DNA of 64,000 nt from a bacterium (GCA_037127815.1 JBAXXP010000003.1:24096-88095); one strand, 5' to 3'; counted from the first letter of the stretch, positions 17,153-26,064 are shown. Notes: generated by a model not told the origin, from the letters alone. A program made the numbers and translations.

Positions 17153-18914
17153 TTTGTTTCTCTAGCTCTCGACCATTAGCAAAAGCATCTCTCAGTTCCA
17201 CCGAAAGCTTTTGCATTTTTTCTTCAAATGAAATTCCATCATCTTCTACATCAGCAAGTCCAACATATCTTCCCGGAGTTAATACGTATCCATTCTTTTT
17301 TATTTCTTCCAAATTTGCTGATTTACAAAAACCAGAAATATCTTCATATTTTTCTACACCTGATTCTTCACGCCAAGCTTTAACAGTATCTGTTATTTTT
17401 TTAATATTTTTTTCATTAAAAACTACCTGCTTACGTGAAATCTGTTCAAACGTATCTCGAGCATCAATAAACAAAGTTTCTCCAGATCGTTTTCGAAAAC
17501 GGTCACCACCTTTGTTTTTTGATAGAAACCAGAGAGATACAGGAAGTGATACGTTGTAAAAAAGTTTTGATGGACAAGAAATTATTACATCAACCAAATC
17601 TGCTTCTATAAGTTTTTGACGAAGCTCTCCTTCTTTACCAGATACAGCTAATGCACCATTAGGCATAACAAATCCAGCTTGACCATTTGGAGCAAGGTGG
17701 TGAGTAAAGTGCTGTACCCAGAGGAAGTTTGCATTTCCACTTGGGGGTATCCCAAGAAAGATTCTTGGATCATTATCAGAAAGTTTTGAAGGATCCCATT
17801 CTGCATTAAACGGAGGATTTGCAATTAAAAAATCTGCCTGGAGATGAGGAAACATATCTTTGTAATAAGTATTTCCAAGTTCAATCTTTCCTGAGAGACC
17901 ACGAATAGCAAGATTCATTTTACATAAACGAAGTGTTGTTTGATTACTTTCTTGTCCACTGATAGAAAGTTTTGAAGGATCCATCTTGTGATCTCGTAGA
18001 TATTCACCCATAGATACAAACATGCCCCCACTACCACAAGCAAAGTCTGCTACACGAGCATTTTCATACGGCTCAAGTATTTCTGTAAGAAGCTTAACAA
18101 TTGATCTAGGGGTAAAAAATTCCCCTCCACGTTTTCCTTCAGATGAAGCAAACTGACCTAGGAAGTATTCATAGATACGACCAAGAATATCTTTCTCACG
18201 ATCAAAATCATGGTCAAAAGAAATTTGTGAAAAGATATTTACAAGTTCTCCAAGAACAGTATGGTCAAGGTTTACTTTGGTATATACACGAGGAAGAACA
18301 TTTTCAAGTTGAACTGGATTATCCTTTTCGATGAGTTCCATTGCAGTATCAAGAATTTTTCCAAGATCAGAACTCATTGTTTTTGTTTGCAAAAATTCCC
18401 AACGAGATTTTTCTGGCACATAGAAAACCCCTTCTGATGTATAGAAGTCTTTTGTTTCAAGAATCGCTTTTCGTGCTTCTTCAGTAGGAACATAAAAGTC
18501 TTCGTTTTTTGGATCTTTTGTCAGATCAGCAAGAACTTCTCTTCGTTTATAGAATGAATCAGATATATATTTCAAAAAGAGAAGACCGAGAACAATATTC
18601 TTGTACTCTGACACATCCACATTGCCTCGCAATTTATCTGCCGCCATCCAAAGTTCTTTTTCAAAACTAAGGTCGTGGTGATGATTCTTATCTAAAACCT
18701 TTTTAGTGACGCTTTTTTGCTGTTCACTAATACGGTTCTGTATATCTTCTGAAAGAGAAGACATTGGGATCAAATATGTTGGTTTAGAGGGGTCTCCTAT
18801 ATTTTCAGCCTTAATTTCACCTTTTTTGATCTTTTGGTGAATGGCTATACGACTAATACCCAACATCTTTGCGAGTTGTGTAGGAGTTACAAATTGTGTT
18901 TTATCGATTGACAT
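17121..18914 (-). CDS. hsdM: Type I RM methyltransferase subunit (HsdM) with an N-terminal HTH extension
   Basis: Catalytic NPPF motif (LIANPPFN) and AdoMet motif DFACGSGGMF. The first ~70 aa (LAKMLGISRIAIHQKIKKGEI) resemble a MerR/excisionase-type HTH that HsdM normally lacks. Confidence 0.9.
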   Translation of the reverse strand: MSIDKTQFVTPTQLAKMLGISRIAIHQKIKKGEIKAENIGDPSKPTYLIPMSSLSEDIQNRISEQQKSVTKKVLDKNHHHDLSFEKELWMAADKLRGNVDVSEYKNIVLGLLFLKYISDSFYKRREVLADLTKDPKNEDFYVPTEEARKAILETKDFYTSEGVFYVPEKSRWEFLQTKTMSSDLGKILDTAMELIEKDNPVQLENVLPRVYTKVNLDHTVLGELVNIFSQISFDHDFDREKDILGRIYEYFLGQFASSEGKRGGEFFTPRSIVKLLTEILEPYENARVADFACGSGGMFVSMGEYLRDHKMDPSKLSISGQESNQTTLRLCKMNLAIRGLSGKIELGNTYYKDMFPHLQADFLIANPPFNAEWDPSKLSDNDPRIFLGIPPSGNANFLWVQHFTHHLAPNGQAGFVMPNGALAVSGKEGELRQKLIEADLVDVIISCPSKLFYNVSLPVSLWFLSKNKGGDRFRKRSGETLFIDARDTFEQISRKQVVFNEKNIKKITDTVKAWREESGVEKYEDISGFCKSANLEEIKKNGYVLTPGRYVGLADVEDDGISFEEKMQKLSVELRDAFANGRELEKQIENNLKELGF

Positions 18915-19033
18915 ATGTTAAGTATAGCATAGTGTATAAAATAATGCAACTTAACACATGTAAAGTTACCAACATCTGAGAGACTGGGGCGCTCTAGACT
19001 CATAGGGCAATCAGCGTCATTAATGTAGTTGTA

Positions 19034-20347
19034 ATGAAAATACAAAAACCGCTACAAGTGACTCCTGACGAGGTCGCACCAATTAAGTACTGTCTTTACG
19101 CACGTAAATCAACCGAGCAAGAGGATAAGCAAGCATTATCAATAGAATCGCAGGTTAAAGAGATGATAATTCTAGCCGAGCGAGAGGGGTTGGAAATAGT
19201 CGAAATTAAGCGAGAATCGCACTCCTCCAAGGAGGTTGGGCAAAGACCTGTGTATAACGAGCTTATCAATGAAATCAGACAAGGCAAGTTCAACGGAATT
19301 CTGACATGGGCACCTGACAGGCTAAGTAGAAACGCTGGAGACCTAGGATCAGTAGTTGATCTTATGGATCAGAAGCTTCTACATGAAATAAGGACTTATG
19401 GACAGAAGTTTACAAATAATCCAAATGAAAAGTTCTTACTGATGATTCTTGGTTCACAAGCAAAGCTTGAGAATGACAACAAGATGGTAAATGTGAAGCG
19501 AGGACTTAGAGCGAGGTGTGAGATGGGACTATGGCCGTCCGTTCCCCCAACTGGGTACCTAAGCCACTCTGATAGAAATAAAAAATGTGAAGTATTACCT
19601 GATGAACAGAGAGCTTGTGTGATTAAACAAATGTTTGAAAAAGTTGCATACGATGGATGGTCAGGTCGAAAACTTTTCAAGTGGTTAGAAGAAGATATAC
19701 GATTTAAGACAAAACATGGAAAAGCACTGACATTGAGTAATGTATACATAATTCTCAAAAGTACCTTCTACTATGGTGAGTTTGAATATCCAAAAGGAAG
19801 TGGACAATGGTATGTAGGAAAACATGAGCCAATCATAACCAAAGATTTATATAACCAAGTACAGGATAAGATAACAAATGATCACTTAACGAGAACCCAA
19901 GATAAAGAGTTTGCGTTTACTAAGATGATCACCTGTGGACTATGTGGATCAGGAATTACCGCTGATGAGAAATTCAAGAAACTCAAAGACGGAACAACAA
20001 ACAGATACGTATATTATGGATGTACAAAGTTTAAAGATAAGGATTGTCCGTGTGGATACATACGAGAAGAAGACCTAATCGAACAGTTGGCAAATATATT
20101 AGATACAGTTTCGTTAGATGAAATAGGTATGAAATATAAGATCAAAACTGAAATTGAGTCACACAACGAATTTCAAGAGTCAGTATTAGGAAAGGAGGTG
20201 AAAGAGAAAACAAAGATTAAAGATGTTGATATAAGAAACTATGCAAAGCATATTTTGCGGAAGAGACCACTGTACGAAAAGAGAGAACTACTAAGTCATT
20301 TAAGAAGTAAATTGGTACTAAACGAAAAACAAATTAAGATTAAATAA
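19034..20347 (+). CDS. Large serine recombinase (intact), paralog of the pseudogene at 2635..3972
   Basis: 437 aa. The resolvase catalytic domain has a YARKST...SIESQ serine motif. It is followed by a recombinase domain and a zinc ribbon (CGLCGS...YYGCTKFKDKDCPCGY). Confidence 0.85.
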   Translation: MKIQKPLQVTPDEVAPIKYCLYARKSTEQEDKQALSIESQVKEMIILAEREGLEIVEIKRESHSSKEVGQRPVYNELINEIRQGKFNGILTWAPDRLSRNAGDLGSVVDLMDQKLLHEIRTYGQKFTNNPNEKFLLMILGSQAKLENDNKMVNVKRGLRARCEMGLWPSVPPTGYLSHSDRNKKCEVLPDEQRACVIKQMFEKVAYDGWSGRKLFKWLEEDIRFKTKHGKALTLSNVYIILKSTFYYGEFEYPKGSGQWYVGKHEPIITKDLYNQVQDKITNDHLTRTQDKEFAFTKMITCGLCGSGITADEKFKKLKDGTTNRYVYYGCTKFKDKDCPCGYIREEDLIEQLANILDTVSLDEIGMKYKIKTEIESHNEFQESVLGKEVKEKTKIKDVDIRNYAKHILRKRPLYEKRELLSHLRSKLVLNEKQIKIK

Positions 20348-23300
20348 CCTCTGGAGTGATCGCATCAGAATTAATCTTTTCGGCATTTACTACTTCTGCA
20401 AGATAATCGTCTAAGACTTTGAAAACAGGTGCGAGATCCTCTCTATATGTTGCTGTGTAATTACCAACATACAACGTCTTTTCTTTTTCATTAAGATTCA
20501 TTGCCTTTATGGCGCTAGAATTTTTTTGCCAATATTCAGCTAATTTTTCCTTATGTAAAACCTTTGTAAATTCGTTAATGTGAGGAATATAATTCCGACC
20601 ATCTTCTCTTGCAGATGCAAATACACTTGCGAAATTTCTTAAAAGATAATCGATGAAATGCTCTACATTCTCGGGTGATGAAGGATTAAAGCACACGTCA
20701 AAGATGTAATCATTTATAGCATCAGCAATTTGATGACGGTCATCGTTTCCTGTTGGATCATAATATCCACAACCAACACCACTGCTTATTATTGAATTTC
20801 CAAGTTGATAAATAGTAAAGCCTGTTATTATACTCTTAAGTACAGCGACTTGTTTATCTAAATCACCTTGAGAAATCTTGCTATTAATGACTTGTGATTC
20901 TAGATAGTCTTTATACTGGCCTGCTAAATCTTTCAGTTCTAGATTTGATATTTCCTCAAAAATGTTTCGCTTAGTATCTATATACTGCTTTTTAAAAATA
21001 TCGAAGACTTTCTGTGATATTTCCCGCATTTCTTCCTTGGCAATCACTTGAGTATTTCCTTCAGTTGGTGCACCCTTATCAGAATGTTTTGATAATGCAC
21101 GACTCAAATCAAAAATATCTCCACCTCTGTCAGCACTGCAATACAAGCGAAACGCCATAAGATCGTAGAGTCCGAGAACACCTCTTGTCGGTAATGAAAG
21201 TTTTTCCAAAACACCACAGCCAGAGTGTTCTCCTTCTCCGAAAATCCATTCAGCAATTTCCTTTATGTTTTTTTCTGTATTCCCAGAATGTTTTCCTGAA
21301 TCATCACTCCATCCAGCATCATTCAATAGACGTATCAAGAATAGATCTGAGTCTTTTCTTAATCCTACACCAATATTCTCTATTTCAATATGCGAATAAT
21401 CAGGCAGATTATCAAGTAAATGGGTAATAAGTATATTACTAATATTTGGAGGTAAACTTCGAGCATTGTTTACTATAATTCGCCACAGCTTTGCACGAGT
21501 AAACTCACCTTTATCAAAGGCAAATTTCGGGTCAGCAAATGCATCTTCAATAGTTTTTGAACCTGAGGCTATCTCGTCTTTCCAGTTAGCGTAAAACCTA
21601 TGCTGTTCTGTATCTTCAGGTTTAGCAAATTCGACTATTAATCGCAAATACGCTTCCAAATTTCTTCCATTTGTCCATCCACCATTAAAACAGGCATATG
21701 AGGTTTTAATATCTTCTGATACACCATCTATACGAGCATACGTATCTCGGTGCGGAAACTCTGCATTTGTACCAAGTCTTACATTAACATCAAAAATCCT
21801 ATCAAGAAGAAATTTTTGACGACTCATGTCGGGAAAGTGTTTTATATATTCAGTGTAGTATGTTGAATTTTTATACTCTGATTCACTAAATGATCCTCTT
21901 CTCTGACTACTGTCCTCTATAGGATATCCATCTTCATGAGGTAGAACTAACGAAAAAAAACCTCGACTACCGTTTGTCTCGCTATCATAGATTTTTCTAA
22001 AAATATTTGGAAAGTGAATATAAATCAAAAGGAGGTGAATAAGATCTTGCTTATCAAAGTCAGTATTTTGAAAATCTGTACTTTCAAGTTCAAAAAGAAC
22101 CACCGTATTAATCAGTCTTTTAAGCTTTCTGACATCGCCAATAAATGGAAGATAGTTATGGTAGCCTGACGATTTATATATATCAAGTAAGCCACCTAAT
22201 GCCTGACGAACAAGAATAGGATCTACCAACTTAGTAGAAACAGCCTTATCAAGATTATCTGAAACATACTTAGCAAGATTTTCTTTATCAAGAAAAAGAC
22301 TAATTTTTATATTTACAAATTTTTCAAGAAACTCGCTTATCTTTTCAGCGTCAGGTGTCTCAGATTCAAGAATCCCTATATTTTCTGTATCATAACAAAG
22401 CACATAAGAAATATTTGGTAATACAAAGCTCTTTCTAATAACAAATAAAATATCCTTTATTTCAGAAAAAGTCATTCTATCTAAATCATCAACAATAATA
22501 ATAACTTTCTTTTTAAATCTTTTTAATACGGCATTTAAATCATCAAAAGCTTCGTCTGCGGTATAATCTACAGTCAATGTTGGTAAACTAAAACCAAAGA
22601 TTGAAAAACGATTAACCTCTCTAAGTAATCTAGCATATCTCGAAATCAAAGGTTTTATTTCTGGTACGAATGAATCTTTTTGAATTGAGTGTATTAATCC
22701 ATCAACAAAAACCTCCAATAAGTTTTTGCTCCCAGCATACCTCAAGGGGTTAAACTTAAAAATAACAGTTTTATTACTCTGATTTTCATCCCAATGTTCT
22801 TTACAAAAATTTATAAAAGAGGATTTACCAATACCCCAAGGAGCATCAACTCCAAAGACAAAACTTTCTGAGTTTCCATTATTGAAGACTCTTTCAGCAA
22901 ATTTATTAGCCTTATCAGCAAGATTGAGCAGATCATTTTTTCTTTCCTTAAGTTCATGATCTGAGAGAAAATTTGATTCAGTTTCTTTTTTCTTCCAAGA
23001 AATTGATCTGAAAATAACAAAAGCAGTAAGGATTACTGGAGCAAAAACTAAAATCAGTAATTGCTGAAATGAAAATGATATGACTAATTTTTTATACCAA
23101 TCATATAAAAATCCTCCCCATGCTACATCTATCCAAATACCGAAACAAAGAGCCGTTAAAACATCAAAACGATAGCTTCTATAAAATTTACACAGATCTT
23201 GAACAGTATCTCGTATCAACACATAAAACAATGTCGTAATAATACCCAATGACGCCCCCAAAATAATCCATCCTTCATGACCAAACTTCGATATTGCATT

Positions 23301-23531
23301 GTTTAATTGAAGAGAAAAAGCTTGTGAAAAATAGAAAACCTCAACAAATAAAATACCAAAAAATACTGTTTTTATAATGACAATAAGATTCGCCGTAATA
23401 AGCCCAGGATCAGAAAAATAGTCCTTAAATTTAGAATATTGTTGTTGGGTCCTTTTCAAAAGTGTAGTTTGCTTCATAACGGCAATTATACTGTTATTTT
23501 GAAAAAGTTCGAGCCCATGACTGGTGCTCAA
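20340..23531 (-). CDS. KAP-family P-loop NTPase with N-terminal multi-TM region
   Basis: 1063 aa with the KAP Walker A VDAPWGIGKSSF. Four to five hydrophobic helices precede the NTPase domain. Confidence 0.75.
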   Translation of the reverse strand: MSTSHGLELFQNNSIIAVMKQTTLLKRTQQQYSKFKDYFSDPGLITANLIVIIKTVFFGILFVEVFYFSQAFSLQLNNAISKFGHEGWIILGASLGIITTLFYVLIRDTVQDLCKFYRSYRFDVLTALCFGIWIDVAWGGFLYDWYKKLVISFSFQQLLILVFAPVILTAFVIFRSISWKKKETESNFLSDHELKERKNDLLNLADKANKFAERVFNNGNSESFVFGVDAPWGIGKSSFINFCKEHWDENQSNKTVIFKFNPLRYAGSKNLLEVFVDGLIHSIQKDSFVPEIKPLISRYARLLREVNRFSIFGFSLPTLTVDYTADEAFDDLNAVLKRFKKKVIIIVDDLDRMTFSEIKDILFVIRKSFVLPNISYVLCYDTENIGILESETPDAEKISEFLEKFVNIKISLFLDKENLAKYVSDNLDKAVSTKLVDPILVRQALGGLLDIYKSSGYHNYLPFIGDVRKLKRLINTVVLFELESTDFQNTDFDKQDLIHLLLIYIHFPNIFRKIYDSETNGSRGFFSLVLPHEDGYPIEDSSQRRGSFSESEYKNSTYYTEYIKHFPDMSRQKFLLDRIFDVNVRLGTNAEFPHRDTYARIDGVSEDIKTSYACFNGGWTNGRNLEAYLRLIVEFAKPEDTEQHRFYANWKDEIASGSKTIEDAFADPKFAFDKGEFTRAKLWRIIVNNARSLPPNISNILITHLLDNLPDYSHIEIENIGVGLRKDSDLFLIRLLNDAGWSDDSGKHSGNTEKNIKEIAEWIFGEGEHSGCGVLEKLSLPTRGVLGLYDLMAFRLYCSADRGGDIFDLSRALSKHSDKGAPTEGNTQVIAKEEMREISQKVFDIFKKQYIDTKRNIFEEISNLELKDLAGQYKDYLESQVINSKISQGDLDKQVAVLKSIITGFTIYQLGNSIISSGVGCGYYDPTGNDDRHQIADAINDYIFDVCFNPSSPENVEHFIDYLLRNFASVFASAREDGRNYIPHINEFTKVLHKEKLAEYWQKNSSAIKAMNLNEKEKTLYVGNYTATYREDLAPVFKVLDDYLAEVVNAEKINSDAITPEVI

Positions 23532-23585
23532 AAATATTCTTCCTAAACGACCATTTTAGGTGTTTAGGTAGGTCTCACTAAACTG

Positions 23586-23656
23586 CTGGGAGACTAGGAA
23601 TCGAACCTAGATTAAAAGCTTCAAAGGCTTCTGTCCTACCTTTAGACGATCTCCCA
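23586..23656 (-). tRNA. tRNA-Gln (anticodon UUG)
   Basis: Manual fold of the minus-strand sequence TGGGAGA TC GTCT AAAGGTA GGAC A GAAGC CTTTGAA GCTTT TAAT CTAGG TTCGATT CCTAG TCTCCCA G. It has a 7-bp acceptor with the U1:A72 typical of bacterial tRNA-Gln, a G73 discriminator and a GGTTCGATTCC T-arm. CCA is not encoded. Its 3' end points toward the KAP/recombinase island. Confidence 0.8.
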
Positions 23657-23738
23657 ATGTTCTATACTTTAATATGAAATTGACTATAAATCAAGCCCTA
23701 TTTTAAATGGTTGGAATTGGATATTTGAGGAAGTGAAA

Positions 23739-23767
23739 ATGCGGCGCGCCTGATGGGCGCGCCGCAT
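23739..23767 (-). terminator. GC-rich perfect hairpin (atgcggcgcgcc-tgatg-ggcgcgccgcat) downstream of the minus-strand membrane protein gene
   Basis: A 12-bp perfect stem in an AT-rich context, followed on the minus strand by CATTTTCAC. Confidence 0.45.
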
Positions 23768-23777
23768 GCCGAATCTA

Positions 23778-24224
23778 TCAACAGTCATCTCCCTTGGGGC
23801 CGGAGGGGTTTGGGACGATCTTGAAATCAAGATCAACAAATCGCTTATAATTTTGCTCCAGTGTAATCTGGTTCCAAACAAGTGCACTATAGCCGATCAC
23901 ACCTATCAGGACCTCAAAGGATCCATAGCAATGGAAGCCACCGTGGGCAATTGAGAATAGTGGTATAAACAGAGCGAGTCCAAATGAAATAGCTGCGCAA
24001 AGCTTCCTAATGACGTCATACATTGGCTCAATTGAGGCCTCGTCTTCCTCTTCCTTGCATATTTGCCTAAACTCATCAATCCTGTAATAGATAAACATGA
24101 TGTATGGGAGTATAACCAACACCTTCATAATCCACAGTCTAACTAGACCCTCGGGGTGAATTGCTGACAATAGAACAAGAATGAACGCACCTATAATGGT
24201 CGTCCACATGATTTTCGATTTCAT
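23778..24224 (-). CDS. Hypothetical integral membrane protein (4 TM)
   Basis: 148-aa ORF with hydrophobic helices. Confidence 0.45.
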   Translation of the reverse strand: MKSKIMWTTIIGAFILVLLSAIHPEGLVRLWIMKVLVILPYIMFIYYRIDEFRQICKEEEDEASIEPMYDVIRKLCAAISFGLALFIPLFSIAHGGFHCYGSFEVLIGVIGYSALVWNQITLEQNYKRFVDLDFKIVPNPSGPKGDDC

Positions 24225-24319
24225 AATATCTGAATGTTTGGGTTGAATTGAAAACTGAATCAGGTTTGATCCTCTGGGATTATGTCAGAGCTTGGGTTTT
24301 GCGTCAAATATTGATTTTC

Positions 24320-24349
24320 TTGACTTTTATTGATAGCGTTTGCTATAAT
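24320..24349 (+). promoter_or_regulatory. Sigma70-like promoter: TTGACT (24320-24325), 18-bp spacer, TATAAT (24344-24349)
   Basis: Near-consensus -35 and -10 hexamers. No protein gene follows on the plus strand before a terminator. Confidence 0.4.
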
Positions 24350-24355
24350 AGTAAC

Positions 24356-24479
24356 ATGTCACTTCGTGGTATGGACCACGAAGCTCCGAGGAATCCACAG
24401 TAATTCAAGATGATTCCGTTTAAATTTGCTTCATCAAAGAAGCTCCGAAAAAACCATCCGCAAGGGTGGTTTTTGTTTT
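24356..24479 (+). ncRNA. Candidate ~125-nt small RNA bounded by the promoter and a GNRA-loop terminator
   Basis: Predicted hairpins are cttcgtgg/ccacgaag, ggaatc/gattcc and gcttc/gaagc. The terminator is aaaaaccatcc-GCAA-gggtggttttt followed by GTTTTG. A 10-nt direct repeat gaagctccga sits at 24380 and 24439. No ORF on this strand. Confidence 0.3.
24449..24479. terminator. Bidirectional rho-independent terminator with GCAA tetraloop
   Basis: An 11-bp stem flanked by an A-run on one side and a T-run on the other. It also terminates the minus-strand gene 24481..24885. Confidence 0.6.
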
Positions 24480-24480
24480 G

Positions 24481-24885
24481 TTAGATTAAAAAAGAAAGGA
24501 GTTTTGCCTTCACCCTTTCAAAATCACTTATATTCATATCCTCTATTTTCCTTATAAATCTTTTAAGACTGACTGAACGAGTCTGCGCCATATTCACTGC
24601 ATTTGGTATGCTTTTTCCATTTAAAAAATATACAAAATTTTTGTCGTCTTTCATCTTACTCGTAGTTGGCGCAACTAATGCTCCATATTTATTAAAAATC
24701 TTAATAACAACAACAGGTCTTTCAAAACCATGATTTTTACCACTTACTTCAACTCCAATATTTTGACCTAGGTTTACCCACCATATTTCTCTTGCTTTTG
24801 GATATAAAAATCTTTCAGATTTATGTATTCTTATTTTCAGATTATTCCACTTATTAAAAATTTCCGATATTTCATCATTATTCAT
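24481..24885 (-). CDS. MazF/PemK-family endoribonuclease toxin-like protein, no adjacent antitoxin gene
   Basis: Region REIWWVNLG...GFERPVVVI...VAPTTSK...KAKLLSFL aligns motif-for-motif with E. coli MazF (GDLIWVDFD...RPAVVL...CVPCTTQSK...IKAKINVLI). It has a 30-aa N-terminal extension. The 96-bp upstream gap holds no ORF. Confidence 0.65.
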   Translation of the reverse strand: MNNDEISEIFNKWNNLKIRIHKSERFLYPKAREIWWVNLGQNIGVEVSGKNHGFERPVVVIKIFNKYGALVAPTTSKMKDDKNFVYFLNGKSIPNAVNMAQTRSVSLKRFIRKIEDMNISDFERVKAKLLSFLI

Positions 24886-24981
24886 TCTAGAATTATAAAA
24901 TATGGAACCCTCAAATATTCTAAATATTTCCTAAAGAAAAACGAAAGAATTTATGAGATACACATGAAATTGAAGCTGGGT

Positions 24982-26064
24982 CTACTCCAAACACTCCGCC
25001 ACAACCATCTCAAGTGGTAAGGTTGGAATCGCGCTTTTTCCAAGTCTTCCGTGAGCAATCAATAGTCTCTCTAGTATTAGAGATATCTTCTTTGGTGACT
25101 TCATCGCTAGTCTTTCTGCATCTGTTGCACTTCCCTTCTCTTGATCAAATGCAATTGGCTCACCTGGAGCTCTCACACTTCCACTACTCATACTCATAAG
25201 TAATGTCTTTCTAACACTTTCAAGAACAAGCTCGGTGAACAACTTCACATCTCCTCCATTTTCTCTAACTGCATCAAGTTGTGCCAGGGCAAGTGGGGCG
25301 TCTCCAGTTATTATTCCTCTTGCGAAACTACCAACAGTTACACTCTTTGGAGCTCCTGTAATTTGTTCAACTTCAGCAAGACTGATTTCTTTTTTATCAT
25401 CCCCTGCAAGAGAAAGAACTTTTTGCAAAACACTCAATGTGTCTCTAAATGATCCATCGCCAAGAAGAGCCAAGAGACTACCTACTTCATCGTCAATTGT
25501 AATTCCCTCTTTCTTTGCAATATCAATCGATATTTTTTTTAGAACTTCTACATTTGGTTTCTTGAATTGAAAAGTCTGACATCGTGAAATAACGGTTTCT
25601 GGCAACTTATGCATTTCTGTTGTTGCGAGAATAAATATTACATGTTTTGGGGGCTCTTCTAGAGTTTTCAGGAATGCATTAAAGGCCGATTTTGAAAGCA
25701 TATGTACCTCGTCCAAAATATAAACTTTGTAAGCTGAATCAAAAGGCATTGTATGCACTGATTCATTTAATGTTCTTATATCATCAACACTAGTGTTTGA
25801 TGCGGCATCAATTTCATATAGATCTTTATCAGTTGTACCAAGCTCACGAGCAAAAATTCTAGCAACACTTGTTTTTCCTGTCCCTCTTCCTCCACAGAAT
25901 AGATATGCATGAGCAACCTTTCCTGATTTTATTGAATCCTGAAGAACTGAGACAATATGCTCCTGTCCTATTACTTCAGAGAAATTTGCTGGACGATATA
26001 TTCTATATAAGGACGAGTGATGTGTTTGAGATGTTGTTGTTTGCTGTGTGGTTTTTGAAGACAT
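24982..26064 (-). CDS. dnaX: DNA polymerase III subunit gamma/tau (short form)
   Basis: Clamp-loader AAA+ motifs HAYLFCGGRGTGKTS and ILDEVHML, plus the SRC motif. Confidence 0.85.
   Translation of the reverse strand: MSSKTTQQTTTSQTHHSSLYRIYRPANFSEVIGQEHIVSVLQDSIKSGKVAHAYLFCGGRGTGKTSVARIFARELGTTDKDLYEIDAASNTSVDDIRTLNESVHTMPFDSAYKVYILDEVHMLSKSAFNAFLKTLEEPPKHVIFILATTEMHKLPETVISRCQTFQFKKPNVEVLKKISIDIAKKEGITIDDEVGSLLALLGDGSFRDTLSVLQKVLSLAGDDKKEISLAEVEQITGAPKSVTVGSFARGIITGDAPLALAQLDAVRENGGDVKLFTELVLESVRKTLLMSMSSGSVRAPGEPIAFDQEKGSATDAERLAMKSPKKISLILERLLIAHGRLGKSAIPTLPLEMVVAECLE

Noticed and set aside
23600-23640. Looked for a second tRNA or tmRNA next to tRNA-Gln and elsewhere (a search for GGTTCGAATCC-like T-arms)
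   Set aside because: Only one tRNA-like cloverleaf could be folded by eye. A tRNAscan-SE run would be needed to exclude others.
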